Source: Octopus sinensis (lineage: Eukaryota). Taken from it: a stretch of DNA of 64,000 nucleotides. The stretch lies in contig NC_043003.1 of assembly GCF_006345805.1 (NCBI RefSeq), positions 86,304,001 through 86,368,000 on the forward strand, written 5' to 3'. The position numbers and the translations under genes were made by a program. This document shows positions 13,760 to 24,840 of the stretch, in pieces. Numbering within the stretch: the first letter of the stretch is position 1; every line of letters starts with the position of its first letter. Below the pieces are notes generated by a model that did no database searches, was not told where the DNA came from, and worked only from the letters and a program-made list of their open reading frames with translations.

Positions 13760-14250
13760 TTATACATTAGCGTATATTTCATTGCTCAGAGTTTCCTCAA
13801 GTAAGTCTTTGGTCATTTCTTTTTTAATATTAGTTTTCTGGCTATTATATACCACTCTCATTTTCTGCATTGCTTATCGATAATTATGAATTTTAGTTTT
13901 CCTTATTCCAGCTGTAATATTATCAATGCTTTCCTTATACCAATCATAATCATATACATTGTTGTCTTCAAGGCCGTTGCTATATATTTGATAGTCAACG
14001 ATATATAAAGCAACTGGTGAGCAGTATTTTATTTTCGACGTTCGAATTGCTTGATCCACTAAGAATTTAGTTTTTGTACCACCGCTGCTTGACGCTGCTG
14101 GTACATGTCTATACGAGAAGTTTTCTCAAGAGGTTTATTGCAATTTTGTGCATTTCTAGAGTATTTCCCCGTTAAGAAAATGTTGTTTTGAATCAATATT
14201 GCATTTATCACTAATAACAAAGTTTTACCCAAAAGCATAATATTTCAAGA
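13760..14250 (-). pseudogene. Decayed reverse-transcriptase segment, R4/Dong-like non-LTR element
   Basis: SSGGTKTKFLVDQAIRTSKIKYCSPVALYIVDYQ aligns by eye to the RT motif GS.GTKDQLLIDK.I...L.MAWIDY. It is preceded in another frame by PLEKTSRIDMYQQ (HLE..L...Q.G). Frameshifts and stops are present. Confidence 0.45.
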
Positions 14251-14641
14251 GTCAAAAACATCGGGTTGAATACCCCCAGTGACGATGTCAAGAAACAACA
14301 AAAATATCCACAAATACATACATTTTTTGACATTTAAAATGAAACATTTAAGATATTTCACATGCCCGTGGCAGCTTAGCTAGTTTTACGAAAAGTACGG
14401 AATTTCTAAACGTAAGATTTTTATTTGTGAAAAATATTCATTTATGAAAAACAATCTACGAATGGTTGTGGATCTCTGGCTTACAGCTATGAGCAGAGAC
14501 AAAAAAATTCTTTAACACTGTCTTCAAGAATGGATGTTTTTGAAATATCGTCAAAAGAGCAGCTGAGAAAATAATTCTATTCAACGTGCACACAAAAGTG
14601 CCCCCACCCCGGTGGCAAGAATAAAAAAACGGTAATAATAT

Positions 14642-14850
14642 TTTCTCCTAAAGGCACAAAGCCTGAAATTCGTGGGAAGGGGATTAGTTGATTATATCGA
14701 CCTCAGTGTTTCATTGGTACTTAATTTATCGATCCCGAAATGTTGAAAAGCAAAGTCAACCTCGGCAGAATTTGAACTCAGAACATAACGACGGGCGAAA
14801 TACCCGTAAGCATTTCGTCCAGGGTGCTAACGATTCTGCCTACTCACCGT
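14642..14850 (-). mobile_element. SINE family A copy
   Basis: Full core in reverse; the head abuts the (AAT)n tract at 14854. Confidence 0.88.
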
Positions 14851-14851
14851 T

Positions 14852-14964
<113 letters not shown>

Positions 14965-15540
14965 AAGGAATATAAGAGACGCCACGACAATATAGCCAGG
15001 CTTGTCCATTGGACACTTTGCAACAAGTATGGACTTGCCAGAACAAAAAATTGGTACGACCACAAACCTGAAGGCATTGTCGAAAATAGAAATGCAAAGA
15101 TCCTATAGGATCTTATGATTCAGTGCGACCATGAGATTGAGAATAGGAAGCCGGACATAGTCTTGAGAAAGAAAACAAACTATGCTCGATCATAAACATA
15201 GCATGCCCAGTTGACAACAAGATATGCGATAAGGAAGAAAGAAAAGTCAAGAAATATGACAGATTAGCGTGGGAAGTTAAGCAAGTGTGGTCAATGAAAA
15301 ACTTAGCAGTAGTACCAATAATTGTCGGAGCCCGGGGAACAGCTAACAAAAATCTTGAGAAGTACGTGGAGCAAATAGGGGCGGCAATAAGGGTGGAACA
15401 CTTGCAGAAAACAGCACTGCTTGGAACTGCTCGAATACTCCGGAAGGTGGTCGAAAATTAAGAGCCATTACTTTAGTTCACTGGTAGTGAACAGCTGACA
15501 CTGTACTACATCTCCATCATTAGAAGCTGTGCAAAGGCAA
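14965..15540 (+). mobile_element. 5'-truncated R4/Dong-like non-LTR retrotransposon (RLE domain plus 3' UTR)
   Basis: KEYKRRHDNIARLVHW...ENRKPDIV / IACPVDNK...EERKVKKYDRL...PIIVGARG...LLGTARILRKVVEN* (stop 15459-61): RHD plus PD..D..K restriction-like endonuclease. One stop and one frameshift. Confidence 0.9.
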
Positions 15541-15562
15541 CGACAACAACAATAATAATAAT

Positions 15563-16168
15563 CCATTCTACTATAGGCGCAAGGCCTCACAATTTTGGGG
15601 AGGGGACTGGTCGATTACAAGGAACCCAGAATTAAACTGGTACTTAGTTTATCGATTCCGAAAGGATGAAAGGTAAAGTCGACCTCGACGGAATTTGAAC
15701 TCAGAACGTAGCGGCTGACGAAATACCGCTAAGCATTCCACCCAGCGTGTTAACGATTCTGCCAGCTCGCTGCCTTAAGATATCAAATTTTTGCGACAAG
15801 CGCAGTTTGGAGGATGGGATTAAGTCGATTACATCGACCCCAGTGCGTAACTGGTACTTAATTTATCGACCCCGAAAGGAGGAAAGGCAAAGTCGACCTA
15901 GGTGGATTTGAACTCAGAAAGTAACGGCAGACGGAATACCTATCTCTTTACTGCCCACAAGGGGTTAAACACAGAGGGGACAAACAAGGACAAACAAACG
16001 GATTAAGTCGATTATATCGGCACCAGTGCGTAACTGGTACTTATTTAATTGACTCCGAAAGGATGAAAGGTAAAGTTAACCTCGGCGGAATTTGAACTCA
16101 AAACGTAGCGGCAAACGAAATACCGCTAAGCATTTCGTCCGGCGTGCTAACGATTCTGTCAGCGCACC
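15563..16168 (-). mobile_element. Three head-to-tail SINE family A units (15563-15776, 15781-15940, 15941-16168)
   Basis: The core ggatgaaagg(c/t)aaagtcgacc...gaatttgaactca occurs three times; the last unit is the long variant. Confidence 0.88.
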
Positions 16169-16180
16169 AACAACAATAAC

Positions 16181-16226
<46 letters not shown>

Positions 16227-16229
<3 letters not shown>

Positions 16230-16765
16230 CAGTACCAGGCAATGGCTTCTGATCTTAACTGATTGGAAGTGTTATCATGTACATTGTTTTGTCTTGGTAT
16301 AAAAGATGGGCTACAGCAAATATTCTGCTCAATACCACAGATTTGCTTGTCAGTTGTTTGACCTTAACCAGTTGAGCATGTCCCTTAGTGGCTGACAATA
16401 TGTGCATCTCTGATCATGAGCAGAAGTAGTGGGGCAGCATCATAGCCATGTGTTGAGAGGGATTCTTTGGGGTTTGAATAATTCACCTCTGGAAACATGG
16501 GTGGTTCTTTCAACATCCTTAAACAACTCTTATTCAAGGACCGTTTGAGCGGGATGGGCTACTCAACCTGAAGAAAATTCTAACTGGGCCCCACCTGCAA
16601 GGTCATGTGCTGTTTATCTTGATATGAGATCACCATGTCGCGCACATATAGTTGTGATGCATGTGCCTGGTGTACCTTTATCAGACGGGTAGTCATGATG
16701 GGTATATTGGGCTTCGTATATTTTACCCCAGTGTCACTTTGATGGCATGCACTGCTCTCTCACTC
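16227..16765. mobile_element. ~555-bp non-coding interspersed element, copy 1, flanked by (AAT)n
   Basis: Closely similar to 16821-17377 over its whole length; lacks two short pieces near the left end. Confidence 0.75.
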
Positions 16766-16766
16766 A

Positions 16767-16820
<54 letters not shown>

Positions 16821-16823
<3 letters not shown>

Positions 16824-17377
16824 GCCCTGATGCAGTACCAGGCAGTAGCTCTCATGGCTTCTGATCTTAACTGATTGGAAGTGTTATCATGTACATTGTT
16901 TTGTCTTGGTATAAAAGATGGGCTACAGCAAATATTCTGCTCAATACCACAGATTTGTTTGTCAGTTGTTTGACCATAACCAGTTGAGCATGTCCCTTAG
17001 TGGCTGACGATATGTGCATCTCTGATCACGAGCAGAAGTAGTGGGGGAGCATCATAGCCATGTGTTGAGAGGGATTCTTTGGGGTTTGAATAATTCACCT
17101 CTGGAAACATGGGTGGTTCTTTCAACATCCTTAAACAACCCTTATTCAGAGACCTTTTGAGCGTGATGGGCTACTCAACCTGAAGAAAATTCTAACTGGG
17201 CCCCACCTGCAAGGTCATGTGCTGTTTATCTTGATATGAGATCACCATGTGGCGCACATATGGTTGTGATGCATGTGCCTGGTGTACCTTTATCAGACGG
17301 GTAGTCATGATGGGTATATTGGGCTTCGTATATTTTACCCCAGTGTCACTTTGATGGCATGTACTGGTCTCTCACTC
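16821..17377. mobile_element. ~555-bp non-coding interspersed element, copy 2, flanked by (AAT)n
   Basis: aatgccctgatgcagtaccagg ... ctctcactc between (AAT)n tracts at 16768-16820 and 17378-17434. Confidence 0.75.
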
Positions 17378-17434
<57 letters not shown>

Positions 17435-17469
17435 CCTTTCTACTTTACGCACAAGGCCTGGGATTCTAG

Positions 17470-17900
17470 ATGCTAGGCGTTCAGTGCTGTTACTTTGTAG
17501 TGTAGTTGATTTTGTATAGAGTCAACGTGAGTGCTTGTTTACTATCTGATTTTAATTTTTGTTATTCGTTGAAAGCCTTCCAATGGGGATAAACACCACG
17601 TAGATGGCATATAGCTTTCCAATCGTCTACTACTACTATCCTTGCTAATATCTGAATATCATTATTGAGTATGAGGAGGTCGAATGTCTTTTTTGCCTAC
17701 AATTTCCTCGATGCCTATTTTTGCCTACAATTTCCTTCACGATTGTACACGAGCATCTGCTCCCCTGATGAATATGTTCTGTCTGCTGGATAATCCGCTC
17801 ACTATCTTTATCGTCTTTTATGGCATTTATCAACCACCATATGTATATTTCTGAGAGAACATTATTCGGCTTCGGTTGCCTTTTTCTTTTGTGGGAAAGA
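17470..17900 (-). pseudogene. Decayed N-terminal RT region of a non-LTR retrotransposon
   Basis: QPKPNNVLSEIY (resembles SPGPDG...EFY) followed across frameshifts by DIRP / LILNNDIQILARIVV / RRL (resembles YRPI.LLN.DYKI.A.IL..RL). Confidence 0.5.
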
Positions 17901-20625
17901 AGTATCAAGACTCGTAATCAATATAGAGAGGCGAAAGAATAAATCCGTGCCTGTTTTTCAGAAACAAACCTCACAGTTTGTCATGTGATAAAAAAAACGG
18001 GAATCCTTTGATACCCATCGCAGATAACTTTCAACCTGTCCATTTTTTCAGTTTACTATCTGGATAAGCTTTGTAAATGATGCAACTGTAAGTTACTCTG
18101 CATCTGTTAATATTAAACACTACTCCAAGTTCTAATGACTGTTCAATATTTCTGTCTTGTCAAAAGTGTTTGCCGTCTACAAATATAACTGAACTATTAT
18201 CATTGTGGTTGTAGCAAGAGTGGTGTTGCTAACTTATTGATGTTTATTCTGCTGATAGCTAATATCATTTAGCTTACCTATTATCAGAATGCACATTTCC
18301 CTTTCTTGAAATTAAAAGCTGACTAATTCATTCGATCAAAATTCCTTATCTTAAAATAATAAACTAAGTCCTTTTTATAAAATCAAGTTAGTATAAATGA
18401 AAAGACTTTAAAAAACTGTTTTAATACATACATACTCTTTGGTTTAGATTCAGTTGTCGGCTTCCTCCTTAACCTCCTCTTACATGTATAAAAACCAGAA
18501 GGCAGAAGATTCAGTTGAATATTGAACTGACGACTGAAATATCAAGGATCTTACACCAGCACCAACACTACTCTATGTTCCTTAACTTCACCTTTCTATA
18601 TCTTACACAATTTACTAAAAAGTAAAATGGTAGAATGAATAATGGCGGTAATTGCTTAATGATCTGAGTAGAATGAACTGAAAACAATACATTGACTTCA
18701 TTTAGCTCTATAGCATCAAGACTTTTTACGTTGCCCCTCAGCTATATATAAAAAAGTACATTTTGCGTTAACTATCTATCACCTTGAAAGGTCTGCAATC
18801 AAGTGTTATTAATCATTTTAGATGGTACCGCATTCTTCTGAACATCTTTTTGAATATCTTTTTTATGAATATTACCAGAGGAATTGGGATTTTATTATTT
18901 TTATTTTGTTAATGGTAAAGCGAGAAAATATGCTATTATGAATTATTTGATCATTAATCGATGCTTGGCTTAGAGCAGATATAACAACAATCATAATTTT
19001 CTGAATTGTTGTGGAAGTAAATGGTGTTATGAAACGAAATATAGCGACGTAATTTCTTTTCGTGTGAAACATTTTATTGAATAGAGGAAAGATCAGACTA
19101 ATACCTGAAAATAAACAAGATCATTATACAATTGGGAAAACTTGAGATTTTAAATAATTCATCTAGTTCTTAACGCAAATTCCATAGTAATTTAATTTTA
19201 GAAATGGTTTCTGGTCTAACAAAAGACCAACAGTTTTGAAGAAGGTGAAACGATACCAGTATTTGACAGGTATTTATTTTATCGACTACTGGAGGACGGA
19301 AGGCGAAGGTGACGTTATTGATATTTGAACTAAGAATTATAGAGTGGGAATAAACACCACAAACATTTTTCGAGTGCTCCAGTGTTTCAACTAGCTTGTC
19401 ACCTCAATAAAAGTTTCTGATTTAGAAACAAGGTCAGCAGTTTTTAAGAAAATGGCCGATTCCTTACAATATATTCCAGTTCTGGGCTGGTAGGCTATTT
19501 TATTAACACGAAAGATGAACGGCAAAAATTATCTCGGTGGGATTTGAACAAAGAAAATAAAGATCCGGAGCAAGTGCCTCAAAAATGTATTCACCAAAGA
19601 TTAAACGACTCCGATAATACCGGTTTCTAATTTAAGCGCAATGCCAGCAATTTTGAGTGGAGAAGTTTTAGTCGATTATATCGACATCATTCTGCAAGTT
19701 CCTTGCCTTTGGTTTTTTTCACTCATGCACAAGTTCAATAATTTTAAGGAAAAGATAGTAGTCGACACCATAGACCCCCAATACTGGATTATTTTATAGA
19801 AATTGATCTCCATTAATTAGTCTGTCACCGAGGGTCTTCTTCGAGTTTGTTTAGCAAAGAATACCCAGAAGAAAATTGATTATTCTATAGTTAAGTAACA
19901 AGTCCATGATTAGACGGGAAACTGTAATTGTAATAGTTATGCTGTCTAAGCGAATTAGGTGTTAAATGACACATCTCTGATTACAAAGTATGTCTCAAAC
20001 TATTCACGTTGTAGTTTCTCAACCATTTTTCAATAATTCTCGAATTAGTGCAGTTTATCTGAAAATTTGTCTGGTAAAACTATTTATAAAAAAACAAAGT
20101 TACGACTTATCAGAATTCTTCCTCTTTTACTTTCTGAATTAAGATATAAATGAGATCAGCTTTTTCATTCATCTTCTCGGATTGGTTTCAATAAGTACCA
20201 GTCGATTACTGGGTTCAATGTAATCTAGTATCTCACCCCCCCACCACCACCACAAAAGATAATGCCGGATTTGTGCCAAAATCTGAAAGAATAGTTATAA
20301 AGGAAGTGAGCGACAGAATTGTTAGCAGATCGAATAAAATGTATGCTGTTATTTATTCTGGCTCTTTATGTTCTAAGTTCAAATTTCAGTGAGGTGGAAT
20401 TGGTCTCTCATAGTTTGAGGGTCGAGCGAATCGATAAAATAAACACCAGTTGAGCACGGAGATCAATGTAATCGAGTTATTACTCTTCTCAGTATTGAAG
20501 ATTACAACCTATATTAGAAAGAATTATTTTATTATTAAGCTGGCGACCTGTAAGTACCAGGTTTTAGTGAAACACCTTATTACTCTGATATAAGAAAGCC
20601 ATTTCGTTATAACTGTCACAAGAGG

Positions 20626-20692
<67 letters not shown>

Positions 20693-20975
20693 ATATGTAT
20701 GTGTATATATATATATATATGTATATGGGGGGGTGTATGAGTGGGTCCCATACTACCTCTTAACAACAGGCTTTCGGCAAATGAGGCCGACACAATAAGT
20801 ACCAGAATTAAAAACGATGTTTACTGGCTCCAGCATGACCGCAGTTTAATGACTAAAACTAGTAAAAGAGAAAAGATAAAAAGCATATTGCTACTCCGAG
20901 GAATATCATCAAACATATGGTAGCTACAATAATTATGAAATTTTTCTTCATAAAAATTTAACGTTGAATAAATAT

Positions 20976-21370
20976 AGGCGCAGGAGTGGCTGTGTGGTAA
21001 GTAGCTTGCTAACCAACCACATGGTTCCGGGTTCAGTCCCACTGCGTGGCATCTTGGGCAAGTGTCTTCTGCTATAGCCCCGGGCCGACCAATGCCTTGT
21101 GAGTGGATTTGGTAGACGGAAACTGAAAGAAGCCTGTCGTATATATGTATGTATATATATGTATGTGTGTGTGTTTGTGTGTCCCCCTAGCATTGCTTGA
21201 CAACCGATGCTGGTGTGTTTACGTCCCCCGTCACTTAGCGGTTTGGCATAAGAGACCGATAGAATAAGTACTGGGCTTACAAAGAATAAGTCCCGGGGTC
21301 GATTTGCTCGACTAAAGGCGGTGCTCCAGCATGGCCGCAGTCAAATGACTGAAACAAGTAAAAGAGAGAG
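20976..21370 (+). mobile_element. SINE family B, full length
   Basis: aggcgcaggagtggctgtgtggtaag ... gactgaaacaagtaaaagagagag; near-identical to the 11.2 and 12.0 kb copies but inverted relative to them. Confidence 0.92.
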
Positions 21371-21816
21371 TATGAATGAAATAAATATTAATATTCAAAG
21401 CATAAATATTTACTATCTCAAGCGAAAATCGAAATAATTACTTATTTCTATATTTACAAGAATTATGTTAACAATTGAAATGATAGTATTTTATTCTCAG
21501 TTAAATACAGATGTAATATTATGCGATACGACAACCAATGTCAAAATTATAATGCAACATCTTTTATCGTATTAGGTCAACCCATAAATATTGCAGTATT
21601 TTCAATTGCATGACCTAAAAGCCGGAGGGGAATAGGATAAACTATTTACATCAACTTGTTATAAAAGCAGATAGGAATTTTACCTTGAGTTATTCTTAGT
21701 GCAAATCTATTGTCGTGTGAACGTTTTTCCAGTGCTTCCTGTGTCAATTGTTGGATTGTTATATTGTTGCGGTGAGTTGAGGCTGCATTGCGGTTGTTTT
21801 TATTATATATATGTAC

Positions 21817-21849
<33 letters not shown>

Positions 21850-21924
21850 ATATATATATATATAACGAAGCAATAAACATACATACATACACACACACAC
21901 ACATATATATATATACATACATAT

Positions 21925-21992
<68 letters not shown>

Positions 21993-21993
21993 G

Positions 21994-22038
<45 letters not shown>

Positions 22039-22099
22039 ATATGTATGTATGTTTATTGCTTCGTTGAAGCACCTTGTTTTCAATTTCCCCCCTGCGGAG

Positions 22100-23080
22100 T
22101 CACCATTGAGTTCAATGGACTCGCTAAATAATTTAATTATCGATATGCCTGTTTTTGACACATGTGAAGAAGAAAAAAACACCGGTGGTGTTGCCAAAGA
22201 AATGAAACTTTGCAGAGGCAGCAGCAAAGAAGGAGGGACAAATTAAAACGGAGAAGAATTTTAAAAAGTTTATGTCGATGTTAAAAAAGGAGGGGACGAA
22301 AATACAAGTAGCCCCTCCAACAAAAACAATAGAACGAATTAATAAGAAAATAATACTTTAAGAAACTTCCAACGTCGAGAGGAAAAGAATTGATACAACA
22401 GGAGAAAAATATATTGAAAAATGCCTAAAGCCCATATGGTCGGATATAACTTACATGACAAGAGGAAAACGTTTTGGAACGGTCGAAGTGAGGTTTACAT
22501 CAGAGGAGGTGGCCAGGTGACACTCTTCTGAAACTTTGGGAACGGGGGAGGTGGTTGTTCTTCCCATATATATGGGAAGAAGAACATCGCAAATAAAAAT
22601 TACAAATATTTCTCCGGAAGTAGATACTGCCTAGCTAGTGGCAGCCATAATAATGAACCAGGAAGAAGAAATCACTAATCTCCAGGCCACAGTGGTGGAG
22701 GAAATGAACTAGAAGGGACAATGCTTGAACATGTTGATTCAGATAGAGGTCCCTACGCTTTAAGAAATTCCAGAGTTAATAAATATCGGTGACGAGAGGC
22801 TGATCGTCTTCGTAGAAGGCAGGAAACCAAGATGTTTTAACTGCGGGTTAAAGGGCCTTATAAGGTGGGAATGCCAACCCGCAAAAAAGTGCAGGAAGAA
22901 AAAGAAAGAGAAGAAACATCGACTGTGGAAACATCACCTACATCAGCAGAGAAGATACCATCACCATCAAAACTAGAGGAAGATTGCGATGATAAAGAAA
23001 AAGAGGAGGGATGGTCGACTGTTTTTAAAAAAAGAAGGAAAAACAGAGACCTCCCTTACCAAACTGAAAACAAGAGAGAT
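22100..23080 (+). pseudogene. L1/Tx1-like LINE ORF1 remnant (copy a)
   Basis: ...RGKRFGTVEVRF...PIYMGRRTSQIKI...VFVEGRKPRCFNCGLKGLIRWEC: RRM-like region plus a degenerate CX2CX4HX4C knuckle at about 22833-22875; several stops. Confidence 0.75.
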
Positions 23081-23360
23081 AAATGAAAACGTAAAGGACA
23101 TTAATTACAGGGCCATCAAGGCATCAAATAATAGACGGATTAACTATTTGGCAGCTATTTCATCTGCCAAACGGGTTGTAAAAACGTCATCAAAAGTCTT
23201 TCACATCTACAGGATAGGCCGGAAGGATTAAGGACGGATTAAATCCGAATTTTTTCATGACGTGGGCCCTCTCAGAATGTAAAAAAAGAATTTATGAGCC
23301 CGAGAGAAAGAAAAAGAGAAGAAGGTGAATCCTCCTCGAGCCACTGACGCGAGGTAAGTC

Positions 23361-23567
23361 ATGTCAAACATTGTAGGTTGTATAAATGTGCGTGGCCTGG
23401 TGTCAATCTGGAAACAAGGTCACTTCCTTAATGACATCAGGTCGCGTAATCTTGAGCTATTACTGCGGAAATTGAGCGGCATCGAGATGCCAGGTTATGG
23501 AAAGACGGTTTCAGCTTATGCGGATGACATCACCATCATCGTAACCGAAATGGATCACCTACAGTAG
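23361..23567 (+). pseudogene. LINE ORF2 collapsed by internal deletion: APE N-terminus fused to the RT YADD segment
   Basis: MSNIVGCINVRGL (APE motif I) joined at cttgag (23451-56) to LELLLRKLSGI...VSAYADDITI (YADD at 23517-23528). Confidence 0.85.
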
Positions 23568-24376
23568 AAGCCGAAACAGTTGAGAAAGCGTTGCGCGCAT
23601 TATCTAACGATATGGTGTTTTTGGCTAGACGAAGCAAATATGGGACAGTGGTGGTCCAGTTCAAGACGGAAGAAGCAAGGAGGCTGGCAGTAAATACAGT
23701 GAAGTCGAATAATGTGTTCCTTCTCCCCATGTATCTTGGATGGAGGACGTCCAAGATCAGGGTAGAGGAAATCCCGCCAGACATAGATGTGGCTTGGGTT
23801 GCGGCGGCTGTCCTCCTTGGAAGTGAAGAGGAAGTGGCTGTCCTCCAAGCCACTGAAACGGAGGAGGTGATGTGGAAAGGAAAAACATTAGAACTTATTG
23901 TTCAGGCTGAGTAGAAACGTTGGAAGATTTGGCGGAGACAGTGACTGTAGGAGACATAATCTTGAGAGTATGGGTGGAGGGCAGAATCCCTCGCTGTTTT
24001 AAATGTGGCTAAAGGGCCACATTAGAGCAGTCTGGGAAAAGTGGATAAAGTGTCGGAGAAGAAGTAACAGGAGGTACAGATGGAAGAAAGGAAAAAGGAA
24101 GAATTATGGATAGTGGCAGAGGGAAGAAGGAAAAAGAGGAAGAAAGAACAGTGTGATATGGAATCCCAAGCCATCCCCACCCCACCCATAACCTCTCAGA
24201 CCCACACTCTCCCCACAGACACCAGACCCACCCATTCCCTTGCTTCACAATGTAAAAAAAAGCGAGAAACAGATATCATAAGATACACAAAATCCCCAGC
24301 CCGTGAAAATAGCTATGTATGTGTGTTAACAGAGGATGCAGACGAGGAACTAATAAATTTGAAAACTATAAAGTAA
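23565..24376 (+). pseudogene. L1/Tx1-like ORF1 remnant (copy b, paralogous to copy a)
   Basis: RSKYGTVVVQF...PMYLGWRTSKIRV...RVWVEGRIPRCFKCG*RAHIRA; same motif order as 22100-23080. Confidence 0.75.
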
Positions 24377-24639
24377 ATAACTTGTTGCATGTTCTAGGTG
24401 TTCTCATATGAAATACATACTCTCTTCATTCCTCACTTTAATTCTTTGTGTGTTTGTATTAAATAAAGGGATCAAATTTCTTTCCGAGACATAGACACAT
24501 AAGGCTGGTTTTCTGGATTCTGACATATGTGTGTGTGTGTGTTTGTCTATATATGTTTATACATATGCTATTATATATATATATATATGTGTGTGTGTGT
24601 GGTGTGTGTGTGTGTGTGTGTGTATGTGTGTTGAGATGA

Positions 24640-24840
24640 GGCACGTAGTTTGGTAGTTATCGGTGATACAAGATAGTGATCAGAGCGATGCTTTGTGTTC
24701 TTAAGCTAAAACATTCCTTTCACATTGCTCCAGTCTCCAATCAGCTGGCAAAATTAGTAATCCTGCAATGGAACGCACCCCGTCCCGGTGGGATAATATA
24801 CACCACAGAATCCAGAAAACCAGCCTTATGAGCCTATGCA
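24640..24840 (+). mobile_element. SINE family C copy (diverged)
   Basis: Shares ttcacattgctccagtc...cagctggcaaaa with 32505-32660 and, in reverse, with 37020-37178. Confidence 0.6.

Noticed and set aside
16821-16960. Possible HDV-like ribozyme at the left end of the 555-bp element
   Set aside because: P2/P4-like pairings exist, but there is no room for P3/L3 and P1 is only 4 bp.
18900-19084. CCG motif suggesting a tetraspanin loop
   Set aside because: In-frame stop, a frameshift relative to the hydrophobic part, and no supporting splice sites.
20976-21050. tRNA-like A and B boxes
   Set aside because: SINE heads; no complete cloverleaf or terminator.
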